The position numbers were made by a program, and so were the translations under genes. Shown here piece after piece: positions 29,376-42,168 of a stretch of DNA of 64,000 bases. Source of the DNA: Elainellaceae cyanobacterium (GTDB taxonomy: Bacteria > Cyanobacteriota > Cyanobacteriia > CAKZMO01); the NCBI GenBank assembly GCA_049647405.1, contig JBARXP010000084.1, forward strand, positions 8,252-72,251, written 5' to 3'. Below the pieces are notes generated by a model. The model was not told the origin of the DNA, ran no database searches, and saw only the letters and a program-made list of their open reading frames with translations. Each line of letters opens with the position of its first letter. Positions within the stretch are counted from its first letter, which is position 1.

Positions 29376-30185
29376 ATGATTTTTTGGGAAAAGATTTTAA
29401 CATTTGCAGAACAAGCGAGCCATCGGGTCGGAAAACAACTCCTTGAAGACTTTGGAACCGTCAGCGCCGACGAAAAAGCCGATGGCAGTCTAGTGACTCG
29501 TTCTGATCGGTGGGCGGATGGCGAGCTGCGTCATGCAATTCAAACGGCGTTTCCTGATCATGGCGTGTTGACTGAAGAAGTCGAGCATATCTTCCCCGAC
29601 ACAGAATGGTGCTGGATTATTGACCCGATTGATGGCACAACCAATTTTGCCCGAGGCATTCCGGCTTGGGGAGTGTCTCTAGGGTTGCTCTATCGAGGAA
29701 CGCCTGTCTTTGGCTATGTCTACTTTCCGCCCTTAAACCAATCGTTTTGGGGATATTGGCCGGGTCATTCTGGAATTGAGTGCCCCAGTGGAGCGTTTCT
29801 TAACGGCAAGCCTATCTATGCCAGCAGTGATGAACCGTCGAAAAACCAGCTCTTTAGTCTCTGCGCTCGCAGTACGGCAGTCCTCAACCAGCCCGAACCT
29901 TTTCCCTGCAAAGTTCGGATGATGGGTGTCGCGACCTACAACGTGCTGATGGTCGCGGCGGGGATTGCCTTGGGTGGAGTCGAAGCCACCCCCAAAATTT
30001 GGGATATCGCGGCGGTCTGGGCGATCGCACAAGCGGCTGGTGCAACCTGGGTTCCTTTAGGCGATGCTGCAATTTTTCCCCTAGAGCCTGGAGTCAATTA
30101 CAGCCGTCGTCCCTTTCCAACTCTCGTGGTGAGTCAAGCATCCCTGGTTTCCCTTTTTAAGGCGCTCGTCGTCGGAGTCGCCTAA
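29376..30185 (+). CDS. Inositol monophosphatase family protein
   Basis: The GVLTEE and WIIDPIDGTTNF motifs and a downstream WDIAA motif. The ATG at 29376 is preferred over the TTG at 29340. Confidence 0.8.
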   Translation: MIFWEKILTFAEQASHRVGKQLLEDFGTVSADEKADGSLVTRSDRWADGELRHAIQTAFPDHGVLTEEVEHIFPDTEWCWIIDPIDGTTNFARGIPAWGVSLGLLYRGTPVFGYVYFPPLNQSFWGYWPGHSGIECPSGAFLNGKPIYASSDEPSKNQLFSLCARSTAVLNQPEPFPCKVRMMGVATYNVLMVAAGIALGGVEATPKIWDIAAVWAIAQAAGATWVPLGDAAIFPLEPGVNYSRRPFPTLVVSQASLVSLFKALVVGVA

Positions 30186-30192
30186 AAACTCC

Positions 30193-31617
30193 CTATGGCG
30201 CTGACGTTTCAGCATCTGGAACGTCAGCGGGCTCTTCTTCTGGAGGCAGCCCCAGGCAACGGCGATAGATTTTGATGTACTCCTTAGCTGACTTGTCCCA
30301 GCTAAAATTCATGGCCATGCCTCGCTTTTGCAACGCCTGCCACGCATCTCGGTAATGGAAGCCCTCCCAAGCACGGACTAAGCAGGTGTAGAGGTCAAGG
30401 GGTTCGTAGCGATCAAAGCAATATCCTGTTCCGGCTGCATCGCTAGGCTCATGATGCTGAACGGTATCGACCAGCCCTCCTGTACGACGGACAATGGGAA
30501 CACAGCCATAGCGCAAGGCAATCATTTGGCTGATTCCACAGGGTTCAAATCGAGAGGGCATCAAAAATGCATCAGACCCTGCGTAAATGCGTCGAGCTAA
30601 GCCATCGTTGTAGAGCAGGTAAGACGACATGCGCCCTGGATAGCGAGAAGCCAGTTGCCAGAGCTGCGTCTCATAGTAGCGATCGCCTGTGCCCAACACA
30701 ATGAACTGGGCATCCGTGTAAGACAAGAACCGATCAAGAATTTGAATAATCAGATCCAGCCCTTTCTGCTCCACCAGCCGAGACACCATGCCCACCAAAA
30801 AAGCCTTAGAGTTGACCTCTAAGCCGACTTCTTCCTGGATTGCAACCTTATTGGCACGGCGGTTTTCAAGGGTTTCGGCACTAAAGGGCACCGCCAGATG
30901 CTTATCGGATGCAGGGTCAAAGGAAACCGTATCAATGCCGTTGAGAATACCGACAAGCTTATCGTTGATAAAAGACAGCAAGCCTTCTAGGGTTTCACCA
31001 TAATTTGCCGTCTGAATTTGTTCGGCATAGGTCGGCGAAACCGTATTGACCACGTTGGCATACTGCACCGCCGCCGCCATCGTATTGTGACCCTGCATGT
31101 ACCACGGACACCACGTCATCTGCTCCAGCTTCCAGCGCCAGGGGCCTTGATAGGCCAGATTGTGAATGGTAAAAACCGTCGCGATATCGGGAGACTGACT
31201 CATCCATACCGGAATCATGCCCGTGTGCCAGTCATGGCAGTGCATAATCTCAGGCTTCCAATGATTCCAGGCAAACTCCGCTGCGCCATTAGAAAACAGC
31301 GTAAAGCGCCAATCTTCATCTTCTCCGCCATAAATGCGGCGAGGCCAAAACACCGGATGACCAAAGAGATATAAGGGAATATCGCTATTGGGAAAGGTCG
31401 TTTCATAGACTTCGAAGCTCTGAAACATGGCAGACCCTTCCCAAACTGGTGTCTTAGGAACAGGAATTTTATCGCTGACAAACCCGTAATAGGGCATGAA
31501 TATTCGAACGTCATGCCCCATCGCCCTGAGAACCTTTGGGAGTGACCCGACTACATCTCCCATTCCTCCCACTTTGGCAATTGGAGCCGCCTCGGCTGCA
31601 ACGAACAAAATTTTCAT
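30193..31617 (-). CDS. glgA: Glycogen synthase (ADP-glucose type)
   Basis: [28 protein letters not shown]-terminus (K-x-GG motif) and a GT-B C-terminal block ([18 protein letters not shown]). ATG at 31617. Confidence 0.9.
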   Translation of the reverse strand: MKILFVAAEAAPIAKVGGMGDVVGSLPKVLRAMGHDVRIFMPYYGFVSDKIPVPKTPVWEGSAMFQSFEVYETTFPNSDIPLYLFGHPVFWPRRIYGGEDEDWRFTLFSNGAAEFAWNHWKPEIMHCHDWHTGMIPVWMSQSPDIATVFTIHNLAYQGPWRWKLEQMTWCPWYMQGHNTMAAAVQYANVVNTVSPTYAEQIQTANYGETLEGLLSFINDKLVGILNGIDTVSFDPASDKHLAVPFSAETLENRRANKVAIQEEVGLEVNSKAFLVGMVSRLVEQKGLDLIIQILDRFLSYTDAQFIVLGTGDRYYETQLWQLASRYPGRMSSYLLYNDGLARRIYAGSDAFLMPSRFEPCGISQMIALRYGCVPIVRRTGGLVDTVQHHEPSDAAGTGYCFDRYEPLDLYTCLVRAWEGFHYRDAWQALQKRGMAMNFSWDKSAKEYIKIYRRCLGLPPEEEPADVPDAETSAP

Positions 31618-31743
31618 GCTATATCGCCCACTCCCCATTTTGATGGTGTGTCAAACGCAGTGATCGCTCACTAGAACAAGTCTAGAAGGGTGTGGCGATC
31701 GTGCATAGAGGGAGACAAGATGAGTTTTGAGGGGCTGCTTAAA

Positions 31744-32031
31744 TTAGGCGTTGGCAATCATTCGAGCTTCTTTCACCATGGTGATGAGCGTTTGGTGAGC
31801 ATCTTCAGAATCAACTAGCTCATGATCAAAGGCCACATCGACCGAAATGGTTCCGTCGTCAGTCTGTGCTAGCAGGGTCATACTTGCCGGATTAATTTTT
31901 AGGAGTTGGGCCGCAAGGGCATCATCGACTCCGGCGTACACTTTGGCGTAAAGCAAGATTGCCTCGGCGTGGTCGTCGTTCATATGAGCACAAATGCGAT
32001 CGCTCACAGTGGGAGTAATAGGATCAGCCAT
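31744..32031 (-). CDS. DUF2470 domain protein
   Basis: 95 aa with the ICAHMNDDHAEAILLYAK motif characteristic of DUF2470. Confidence 0.65.
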   Translation of the reverse strand: MADPITPTVSDRICAHMNDDHAEAILLYAKVYAGVDDALAAQLLKINPASMTLLAQTDDGTISVDVAFDHELVDSEDAHQTLITMVKEARMIANA

Positions 32032-32076
32032 AACTTGGTCTCTTATCTATATTTGATTCAGCAATGGACAAGGTTT

Positions 32077-32098
32077 GGTCAATACGGGGTCAATACGG
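32077..32098. repeat. Perfect 11-bp tandem duplication (ggtcaatacgg x2)
   Basis: 32077-32087 equals 32088-32098. Confidence 0.75.
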
Positions 32099-32661
32099 GC
32101 GATAGCCGATAGAACATATAGATGAGGTCAACTAGATCAGGTCAGCAGAGTTGAGGGTACTCTCTCTAAATTTATCGCCTCACCTGCCGAGTTTAATCTG
32201 CATTCACTCTTTGTTAAGGGCTACAGATTATCGCCGTAGTGCAGATTGAGTCATCGGCTCAAGAGCTACATCGAAAGAGAGAGCGCAGAACGTTAAACAA
32301 TCTGCGATTGGTGTAGAAAATACATTGCCAAACGCCCTAGATTCAGCAATATGAAAGCCATCAGAAACAGGCTCAGTGAAACATTAACAACATTTTTCAA
32401 CGTTTGCATATTCGATGTTACCTAGACCCTAACATGACGTAAGTTGGGGTTTTCCACCCCCTACTCTAGCAAGATCAACCTCTTGTGGCTGAGATTGTAA
32501 ATTTGCGTTTTACAATCTCCAATTCCAATCTCCAATTTCCATCATTTTTGTCTCTCTAGCTTAGAACCTATCGGAAGCCCCTGGCAGAGCAGATAGACGA
32601 CAAAGGCTCTACCATCGTTTTCAACGAGCGCATTTTGAGCTAGAGCAATCTGAACTAGAGC

Positions 32662-33636
32662 TTAGACCAGGGTGCAGAGCCACCGATCGACCTCAGCGAC
32701 AAAATCGCTTGTGGATTCATAGGGCAACACGTTGCGCCCTGGCACTAGTGCCCCTTGAGCTTGGGGTAAATGGTGGAGATAATCTTGTAGCCGTTTTTGA
32801 GCAGAGTCGAGGCGGCTGGCTCGATCAATGCCCGAGGCTTCTTCACCAAACAAGACGAGAGTTGGTTGCTGAATCTGTTCGATGGCCTCAGTGTAGTTTT
32901 TACGCCAAAAGCCTGCGAGAAACGAAAAGACGGCATGGCGAGTTGCGGGGTCTTGCGCCCCTGCTTTCAGCGTAACGAGCCATGCCTCGTCAACAGTTGA
33001 GGTTGAGGCAAAGAGCTGTCGCTTAGAAAAAGAGTCGAGAAACTTGCGGCGGCGGGCATAGCGATAGAACGCCGCCCCTAACGGACTATCAAAGAGTAGA
33101 TTCCAAAGCAGCTTTTGCTGGGTCAGCTTTGCCCCCTGGCTGACCAAAGACCAGCCGGGAGGGCCAGCCAAAACCAAGCCCTTAATCCAGGGAGTTCCAG
33201 CCGTTTTTTGCACCATGCGAATGGCAACTGAAAACAAGGCTCCTTGCACAACCACAACAACAGGCCGCTGAATCACCGTTTTCACGAGATGCAAAAGCTG
33301 GTCAGCCCAGTCATCTGGGGTGTAGGCTGCGCGAGGTTTATCGCTTTCGCCACAGCCCAACAGGTCAGAATTGTAGATCGGGTGGCGATCGCCCTTCTCT
33401 TGCCATGCGTCACAAAAGGGATGCCAAAATTGCCGCGACAGCCCCACGCCAATGGGATGAATCAGCAGTAGCGGCAAGCTATCTGGGGACGAATTGCCTG
33501 AATCGGTCACAGACGAATCGGCAACATACGCTTCATAGGCACAACGATAACCGCACCAGTCAAAAAACTGAGTATCTGCACGTTGAGCTTGGGGTTTGGC
33601 TTGAGTCATAGAATTATCAGAGTCATCGCTCTTCAA
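32662..33636 (-). CDS. Alpha/beta-hydrolase-fold protein, apparently lacking the GxSxG nucleophile elbow
   Basis: LLLIHPIGVGLSRQFW ... DLLGCGESDKP ... layout of the alpha/beta fold. At the expected nucleophile position the sequence is VVVVVQGALFSV. An alternative ATG start is at 33609. Confidence 0.65.
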   Translation of the reverse strand: MKSDDSDNSMTQAKPQAQRADTQFFDWCGYRCAYEAYVADSSVTDSGNSSPDSLPLLLIHPIGVGLSRQFWHPFCDAWQEKGDRHPIYNSDLLGCGESDKPRAAYTPDDWADQLLHLVKTVIQRPVVVVVQGALFSVAIRMVQKTAGTPWIKGLVLAGPPGWSLVSQGAKLTQQKLLWNLLFDSPLGAAFYRYARRRKFLDSFSKRQLFASTSTVDEAWLVTLKAGAQDPATRHAVFSFLAGFWRKNYTEAIEQIQQPTLVLFGEEASGIDRASRLDSAQKRLQDYLHHLPQAQGALVPGRNVLPYESTSDFVAEVDRWLCTLV

Positions 33637-33639
33637 GTT

Positions 33640-33695
33640 TATGCACGGTCAAGGTTATGCACGGTTATGCACAGTGTTTATGATATGCACAGTGT

Positions 33696-33701
<6 letters not shown>
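33640..33701. repeat. Four copies of TATGCAC(G/A)GT, including a perfect 18-bp tandem duplication (tatgcacagtgtttatga x2)
   Basis: Copies start at 33640, 33656, 33666 and 33684, and 33666-33683 equals 33684-33701. The repeat fills the spacer between the ATPase stop and the hydrolase-fold gene start. Confidence 0.8.
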
Positions 33702-36635
<2,934 letters not shown>

Positions 36636-36705
36636 CCTTTAAATTTTAAATGCCACTCATTTCAAAAGCTATTTACTCATGATAGTTCGCCACTCCCAAA
36701 ACACA

Positions 36706-36719
36706 CTGAAACGTTTCAG
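36706..36719. promoter_or_regulatory. Perfect 14-bp palindrome CTGAAACGTTTCAG in the pacL / antiporter divergent promoter region
   Basis: Read directly. It lies 71 bp upstream of the pacL start codon. Its function is unknown; it is a candidate operator. Confidence 0.3.
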
Positions 36720-36974
36720 CTCTTCAATAATCAAAAAATTCTTAACTGAAAACAAGAGTTAAAACCTATCTATAGCCTTCTACAGAGAAGCTAGTGGTTT
36801 CAAAATGCTAGCGATTTTCCGAACCAGGGCTTTATCACATGAATCAAAAATTATTTAAAATTAAACTAGCGAATCGTGAGTTGTTGCTTAACGGATAAGT
36901 TCACAAATCTCATTCAAAAATCTGATGATCGAAGCGTTATGATTGGATACTAAGCTTTTGACTGAGATAAATAT

Positions 36975-37010
36975 TAGTAATGCAGGTACTGGTAGTAATG
37001 CAGTTACTGG
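36975..37010. repeat. 18-bp tandem duplication (tagtaatgcagKtactgg x2) about 50 bp upstream of the antiporter gene
   Basis: 36975-36992 versus 36993-37010, with one mismatch. Confidence 0.8.
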
Positions 37011-37061
37011 CTAGACCGTTCACTTTCTTTTACGTCCCTCAACTTCAGTAAAGGAGCGCTC

Positions 37062-38156
37062 ATGGGCATCACTTCCCTAGTGCTGCTATGTCTGGGATTA
37101 GTCTTGATGGTGGCCGGAGCTGAAGCGTTGGTTCGTGGAGCTTCTAACCTCGCCATAGCCTTGGGCATTTCCCCCCTCATTATCGGGCTTACTGTCGTTG
37201 CCTATGGCACCAGTTCTCCTGAAATGGCGGTCAGCCTACAGTCTACTTTTGCGGGTCATGAAGCAATTTCGATTGGCAACGTGGTGGGCAGCAATATTTT
37301 TAATGTGCTTTTTATTCTAGGGGTATCGGCGTCTATCACACCGCTGCTGGTTGCCCAGCAACTCGTCAAGCTAGACGTTCCTGTCATGATTGGAACATCG
37401 CTGCTGCTGCTCGTTTTAGCCCTCGATCAAGAAATCGGTCGATTAGATGGCATTTTGCTATTTAGCGGAGCCGTCGCCTATACAGGCTTTTTGTTTTACC
37501 AAAATAGTCATGAGCAAAAGCCTGAGACAGACTCACTGCAACCGGGCTGTGACGACGATCAGACTCAATCTGAACCATCAGCCAAAGCGTCGTGGACAAA
37601 AAATTTAGTCTTCATCGGGCTAGGAATTGTTTTGCTGACTGTGGGGTCACGTCTGCTAGTTCAAGGAGCTGTGGCGATCGCCGAGTGGATTGGGTTGAGC
37701 CAATTGGTCATTGGGTTGACTCTAATCTCGTTGGGCACATCGCTGCCAGAAGTCGCCACGTCTGTTGTTGCCAGCATTAAAGGCGAACGAGACATCGCGG
37801 TAGGCAATGTCATTGGCAGCAACATTTTCAATATTCTGGCAGTGCTCGGTGTCGCAGGAATACTGTCACCCAATGGGGTTGATGTTTCTTCTGCCGCGCT
37901 TAACTTCGATATCCCTGTCATGATTGTGGTGGCGATCGCTTGCCTCCCGATATTTTTTACGGGTAACGTCATTACACGCTGGGAAGGTGCGCTCTTTTTG
38001 GGATACTACGCCGCTTACACCAGCTATCTCATTCTTAATGCCATGAATCACGCGACCTTACCTATCTTTAGTCGCATCGTCATCATTTTCGTCATTCCGC
38101 TGGCGATGGTTACCCTGGTCACCGTCGCATTTCGTCACAACAGTAGACGCCTATGA
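37062..38156 (+). CDS. CaCA-family cation/Ca2+ antiporter (YrbG / Na+/Ca2+ exchanger-like)
   Basis: Two alpha-repeat motifs, GTSSPEMAVS...GNVVGSNIFNVLFILG and GTSLPEVATS...GNVIGSNIFNILAVLG, separated by a hydrophilic loop. Confidence 0.85.
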   Translation: MGITSLVLLCLGLVLMVAGAEALVRGASNLAIALGISPLIIGLTVVAYGTSSPEMAVSLQSTFAGHEAISIGNVVGSNIFNVLFILGVSASITPLLVAQQLVKLDVPVMIGTSLLLLVLALDQEIGRLDGILLFSGAVAYTGFLFYQNSHEQKPETDSLQPGCDDDQTQSEPSAKASWTKNLVFIGLGIVLLTVGSRLLVQGAVAIAEWIGLSQLVIGLTLISLGTSLPEVATSVVASIKGERDIAVGNVIGSNIFNILAVLGVAGILSPNGVDVSSAALNFDIPVMIVVAIACLPIFFTGNVITRWEGALFLGYYAAYTSYLILNAMNHATLPIFSRIVIIFVIPLAMVTLVTVAFRHNSRRL

Positions 38157-38938
38157 CTCAGTCGGAATCTTATCGTTTTACCAATCGAACGGAAGCCGGA
38201 CGACTGCTTGCTTCTGCTCTAACCACCTATGCCAATCGTGCCGATGTGGTTGTGCTTGCTCTGCCTCGCGGGGGCGTGCCCGTTGCATTTGAAATTGCCA
38301 GAGTGCTCAATGTGCCCATGGGAGTGTGCATTGTGCGCAAACTCGGCGTGCCAGGGCAGCGAGAATTAGCCATGGGGGCGATCGCCTCAGGCGGAGTGCA
38401 AGTGCTCAACTCAGACGTGCTTGATCGCATTGATATTTCTCCAGAAAAACTGAATCAGGTGATTCAGCGAGAGCAGCAAGAACTATCTCGACGAGAAAAT
38501 CTTTACCACTTCGTTCAGGCTCCTGTGCCGCCCAATGCGTCGGCTGAAACCGATGCACCACCAGCAGCCGATACCGCCGCTCAGACCCATTTGTCTCTCA
38601 GCCATCAAGACGAAGAGGGCGATCGCCTCTCCTTCCAGCCCTCTATTTCCGTCAAGCAGCGTGTTGTCATTGTCGTAGACGATGGCATCGCCACAGGTTC
38701 GACTCTGCGAGCCGCCGTGTTGTGCCTACAGCAGCAGCAGCCCCAACGCATTGTGGTAGCTGTTCCAGTTGCTTCTCCGATGGCGTGTCATGCTCTAAGG
38801 CATGAGGTCGATGAGGTCGTCTGTCTGATGACGCCATCTAACCTATCAGCCATTGGAAACTGGTACGACGACTTTGAGCAAGTCAGTGATGATGAGGTTT
38901 GCACGCTGCTAAACGCTATTTCATCGAGCTACGAGTAA
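38153..38938 (+). CDS. Phosphoribosyltransferase-family protein with a low-complexity insertion
   Basis: VVLALPRGGVPVAFEIA and the PRPP-binding loop VVIVVDDGIATGSTLRAA. A Pro/Ala/acidic insert of about 45 aa lies between them. Its ATG overlaps the antiporter stop (ATGA). Confidence 0.75.
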   Translation: MTQSESYRFTNRTEAGRLLASALTTYANRADVVVLALPRGGVPVAFEIARVLNVPMGVCIVRKLGVPGQRELAMGAIASGGVQVLNSDVLDRIDISPEKLNQVIQREQQELSRRENLYHFVQAPVPPNASAETDAPPAADTAAQTHLSLSHQDEEGDRLSFQPSISVKQRVVIVVDDGIATGSTLRAAVLCLQQQQPQRIVVAVPVASPMACHALRHEVDEVVCLMTPSNLSAIGNWYDDFEQVSDDEVCTLLNAISSSYE

Positions 38939-38989
38939 GCTCAGAATTTGCCTGCGGCTCAACCCATGACGTTTTCGCGTTCAGATCAT

Positions 38990-39017
38990 TTCAGGTCTGC
39001 GGCTTCAGGTCTGCGGC
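38990..39017. repeat. Perfect 14-bp tandem duplication (ttcaggtctgcggc x2)
   Basis: 38990-39003 equals 39004-39017. Confidence 0.8.
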
Positions 39018-39135
39018 TCCACATTCGATTAAAAACCCGATTTTTAATGGAAGCTTTAGTCCATGCTGAGCCGACTCCCCTTAAAATCTGAATGATTTGC
39101 TCAAGATTCATATTTAGTCTTACAAGAGGAGTGCC

Positions 39136-39642
39136 ATGAGTAAACTTCGAAATATTTTGGTTGGTGCAGGCATCGCGGCTGTCGGAGCTGTCGGTACCAA
39201 AGTGGCCGTTGACTATCTTCGCAACCGAGGTGAGGAAGAAGCCCCTGCCGAAGCCGAAGGAGACAAAGAGCCAGCATCATCTGAAGAAATTGCGTTTGTT
39301 AATGTTGAGCCTGCGTCTGTGCAGGAGTTCTTAGATAAAAGCTTTGGCAAAGCAGGTCGTTATATTCCCAATAGACCTCCCAAAGTTTTCGAATATCAAG
39401 ACCAGCAATATATGGTCATTTGGGCTAAAGACACTGACCAAGACAAAAATCAAATGCTCGCGTTTTCTTACACCGATAAGGGCCGGGAGATGATTGCCAG
39501 TGTGGGTTACACATCTGACAAAACAGACTACAACCTAGAACTTGCAGGCACTCCATTTGCAATTGAAGTCAACGACAAGACGTTGGAATCTGGCAAAGGA
39601 GAGACAGCAGGAACAACTGCCGTAGACTTTGTGTTAGCGTAA
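39136..39642 (+). CDS. Hypothetical protein with N-terminal membrane anchor
   Basis: 168-aa ORF. AGAGGAG lies 6 nt upstream of the ATG, and an N-terminal hydrophobic helix (ILVGAGIAAVGAVG) is present. A good terminator follows. I recognise no family. Confidence 0.5.
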   Translation: MSKLRNILVGAGIAAVGAVGTKVAVDYLRNRGEEEAPAEAEGDKEPASSEEIAFVNVEPASVQEFLDKSFGKAGRYIPNRPPKVFEYQDQQYMVIWAKDTDQDKNQMLAFSYTDKGREMIASVGYTSDKTDYNLELAGTPFAIEVNDKTLESGKGETAGTTAVDFVLA

Positions 39643-39672
39643 CCGCCCTCAGCTAGCCTCTAGAAATATAGA

Positions 39673-39718
39673 AACGCCTGTTGTTTGGTTTTTCAGACAG
39701 CAGGCGTTATTTGTATTG
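39673..39718 (+). terminator. Rho-independent terminator
   Basis: aacgcctgttg ... cagcaggcgtt forms an 11-bp stem with one G-U pair, followed by auuuguauug. Confidence 0.6.
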
Positions 39719-39736
39719 CTGTAGTCAGTAACCTGA

Positions 39737-39820
39737 GTGACGCACCAACTCTAGCTGACGGTGCGTTACGCTGGCGCTAACGACACCCTACGGCATCGTT
39801 TAATTACAACCATCTACTTA
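39737..39820. repeat. Truncated copy of a dispersed hairpin-forming repeat (same family as 61401-61535, opposite orientation)
   Basis: The reverse complement taagtagatgg...gtagggtgtcgttagcgccagcgtaacgcaccgtcagcta...ggtgcgtcac aligns block by block with 61403-61488 (taagtaggtgg...gtagggtgtcgttaggcaaagccgtaacgcaccatcagcta...gatgcgttac). Confidence 0.7.
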
Positions 39821-39907
39821 TTGCTACAGCCCGTAACCTGAGGTTGCCTTCAATCCCTTGGAATTGTGAATAATTTGTATGTTTTCTCAGGGACGATCTC
39901 AGTGGGG

Positions 39908-40372
39908 TTATGCCTGATTGGCCTGGGCTAAAGTCAGAATTTTTTTAGCCGCTGCTTCTTCTACCGGAACCACCGATAGACGATTGCCTCGCCGTAAAAT
40001 CAGCAGCTCATCCGCCTCAAAATTTTGCCGCAGGAGATCCAGACTCAGGTATTGCAGAAAAGATTCGATAAATTCAACCTCAACGGTCTGCCAGCGCGGA
40101 TCGTCAGGGTTTGACTTGGGGTCGTAATATTTGTTGGATGGATCAAACTGGGTCGGGTCAACCACACCTGCTCGAATCACTCGCATGAAGCCCGCGATGC
40201 CTGGAGGCTTGGTGTTGGAATGGTAGAAAAACGCCAAGTCTCCGACTTCCATTTCTCGCAGAAAATTGCGAGCCTGATAGTTTCGCACCCCATCCCAGAT
40301 TTCTTTGCCATCTGTTTTGAGGTTGTCGATGCTGTACACATCAGGCTCAGATTTCATCAACCAATAGCGCAT
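39908..40372 (-). CDS. EVE (PUA-like) domain protein
   Basis: MRYWLMKSEPDVYSIDNL...WDGVRNYQARNFLREM..GDLAFFYHSN is the typical EVE/DUF55 N-terminal signature. Confidence 0.8.
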   Translation of the reverse strand: MRYWLMKSEPDVYSIDNLKTDGKEIWDGVRNYQARNFLREMEVGDLAFFYHSNTKPPGIAGFMRVIRAGVVDPTQFDPSNKYYDPKSNPDDPRWQTVEVEFIESFLQYLSLDLLRQNFEADELLILRRGNRLSVVPVEEAAAKKILTLAQANQA

Positions 40373-40376
40373 AATC

Positions 40377-41738
40377 TTAACGGTTCATCACGTCTGACAT
40401 GTCTCTTGGGTTCACAGAGAGCTGTTGGGTGCCGCCGCTCCTTTGAATCGTGAAGGCCAAAGGCTGACCAATTTCGCTGCGCTCTACCAAGTGCTGAACC
40501 TGATCGGCTGTGGTGACGGATTCTCCAGCAATTTGGGTGATGACATCGCCTCGACGGATTCCCCCTGTTGCGGCAGGGCTATCGGGCACAACCTCAATCA
40601 CTAAGATGCCATCGACTTCGGGCACTTGCAGCATCGAGTTGGGGTTGCTGTTGATTTCTTTGGCCAAATCGGGCGTCAGAGTTGACATTCGAATGCCGAT
40701 GATGGGGTGAGGAATGCGATCGCCCCTCGCTAGCTGATCCTGAATTTCTTTTGCGGTGTTGATAGGAATGGCAAAACCAATGCCTTCGGCGTCAGCTCGA
40801 ATGGCGGTGTTGATGCCAATCACTTCGCCGCGCTCATTGAGTAGGGGGCCACCGGAGTTGCCCGGATTAATCGCCGCATCGGTTTGAATAAAGTCAACCC
40901 GCTTATCAGGAATGCCAACCTGAGAGCTAGAGCGGTTGAGGGTACTGATAATGCCGAGGGTGACGGTGTTGTCGAGCCCTAGAGGATTACCGACGGCGAT
41001 CGCCCAATCGCCAACGCGCACGTCTTCAGAGCTGCCGAGGGGAGCCACGGGCAGGTCGCTGCCATCAATTTTGACAACGGCTAAATCAAGGGTACCGTCT
41101 ACGCCTTTAACCTCGCCCTCAAAGGTGCGGCCATCGCGCAGCGTCACCGTTACCGTATCTGCGCCATTGACCACGTGAGCATTGGTCAGAACGATGCCCG
41201 TACCATCGACGATAAAGCCAGACCCCTGGCCGCGCTGCCGAAACTCTTGGGGAAAGTCGGGCACCCCCTGCTCACCGAAAAATTGGCGAAAGAAGGGATC
41301 GTTGAAGAAGGGATCAGGCCGTCGCGACACGACTCGCTCTGTGTCTAACCGCACAACTGCTGGGCCAACCCGATCGACTGCCGATGCCACAAAGTTTCGG
41401 CTGCCAGAAGGAATCGGAACTTGAGCAACGAGAGACGGCTGGGCAGGAGGAGAGTTGACCGCCTGAACGAGGGTAACGGAGCCTGCCGCGTTCATTGTAG
41501 GAGGCTCGCCCCACTCTGCCCATGCAGACGAAGATGTTGACTCTGTGTTAGGTGAACTCAGGACTGTTGATGTCGGTTGTGTGGACATCGATGCGAGATG
41601 AGTCGCTAAAGACTTCGGCAGCCATTGGGTTGGCAGTTGATATAGCCCAACGAGAGTCATCACGACTCCAGCCATTACAGCCAAGAGATATTTGCCCAAG
41701 TTGTGTGAAGATTTGCGCGATCGCTTCAGGGGTGACAT
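40377..41738 (-). CDS. HtrA/DegP-family serine protease (trypsin-like domain + PDZ)
   Basis: N-terminal TM anchor, catalytic blocks TNAHVV, D...LAVVKI and GNSGGPLLN, and a C-terminal PDZ domain. Confidence 0.85.
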   Translation of the reverse strand: MSPLKRSRKSSHNLGKYLLAVMAGVVMTLVGLYQLPTQWLPKSLATHLASMSTQPTSTVLSSPNTESTSSSAWAEWGEPPTMNAAGSVTLVQAVNSPPAQPSLVAQVPIPSGSRNFVASAVDRVGPAVVRLDTERVVSRRPDPFFNDPFFRQFFGEQGVPDFPQEFRQRGQGSGFIVDGTGIVLTNAHVVNGADTVTVTLRDGRTFEGEVKGVDGTLDLAVVKIDGSDLPVAPLGSSEDVRVGDWAIAVGNPLGLDNTVTLGIISTLNRSSSQVGIPDKRVDFIQTDAAINPGNSGGPLLNERGEVIGINTAIRADAEGIGFAIPINTAKEIQDQLARGDRIPHPIIGIRMSTLTPDLAKEINSNPNSMLQVPEVDGILVIEVVPDSPAATGGIRRGDVITQIAGESVTTADQVQHLVERSEIGQPLAFTIQRSGGTQQLSVNPRDMSDVMNR

Positions 41739-41990
41739 GTCAGCGCTCCGAACGTGAATGCTTGAAAGGGACGAGATTTGACACCATTCATTATCGGACG
41801 AAATCTTAGGCTTGTGTTGGTGTGCGGCTACGGAGATCCCGTCTACGAAGATGCCTCATCGAAAGGTATGAATCAGCCTATTTCATGATTTACCAGGCAG
41901 TCTCGGTCGCGTCAATTGAGGTCGTGCCAGTTTTTTGAGTCGATGTAAATCGTCTTTGTGTCGAAGCCTGTTCTATACCATCCAGACACT

Positions 41991-42012
41991 GTGGACTTGA
42001 TGTGGACTTGAT
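41991..42012. repeat. Perfect 11-bp tandem duplication (gtggacttgat x2)
   Basis: 41991-42001 equals 42002-42012. Confidence 0.75.
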
Positions 42013-42168
42013 CGTGTGGGATTGAGGCAATATATCCCCTTCTAGCTTTTAGCATTTTGAGAAGAGAAATGGGCGATCGCCCGATCTCGTGAGACAGTCA
42101 TTCATAATCAAGGGTTTCTTGTTATGGTGAGAGACTAGGCTTGTCGTGCAATCTCTACCCCTGACCCT

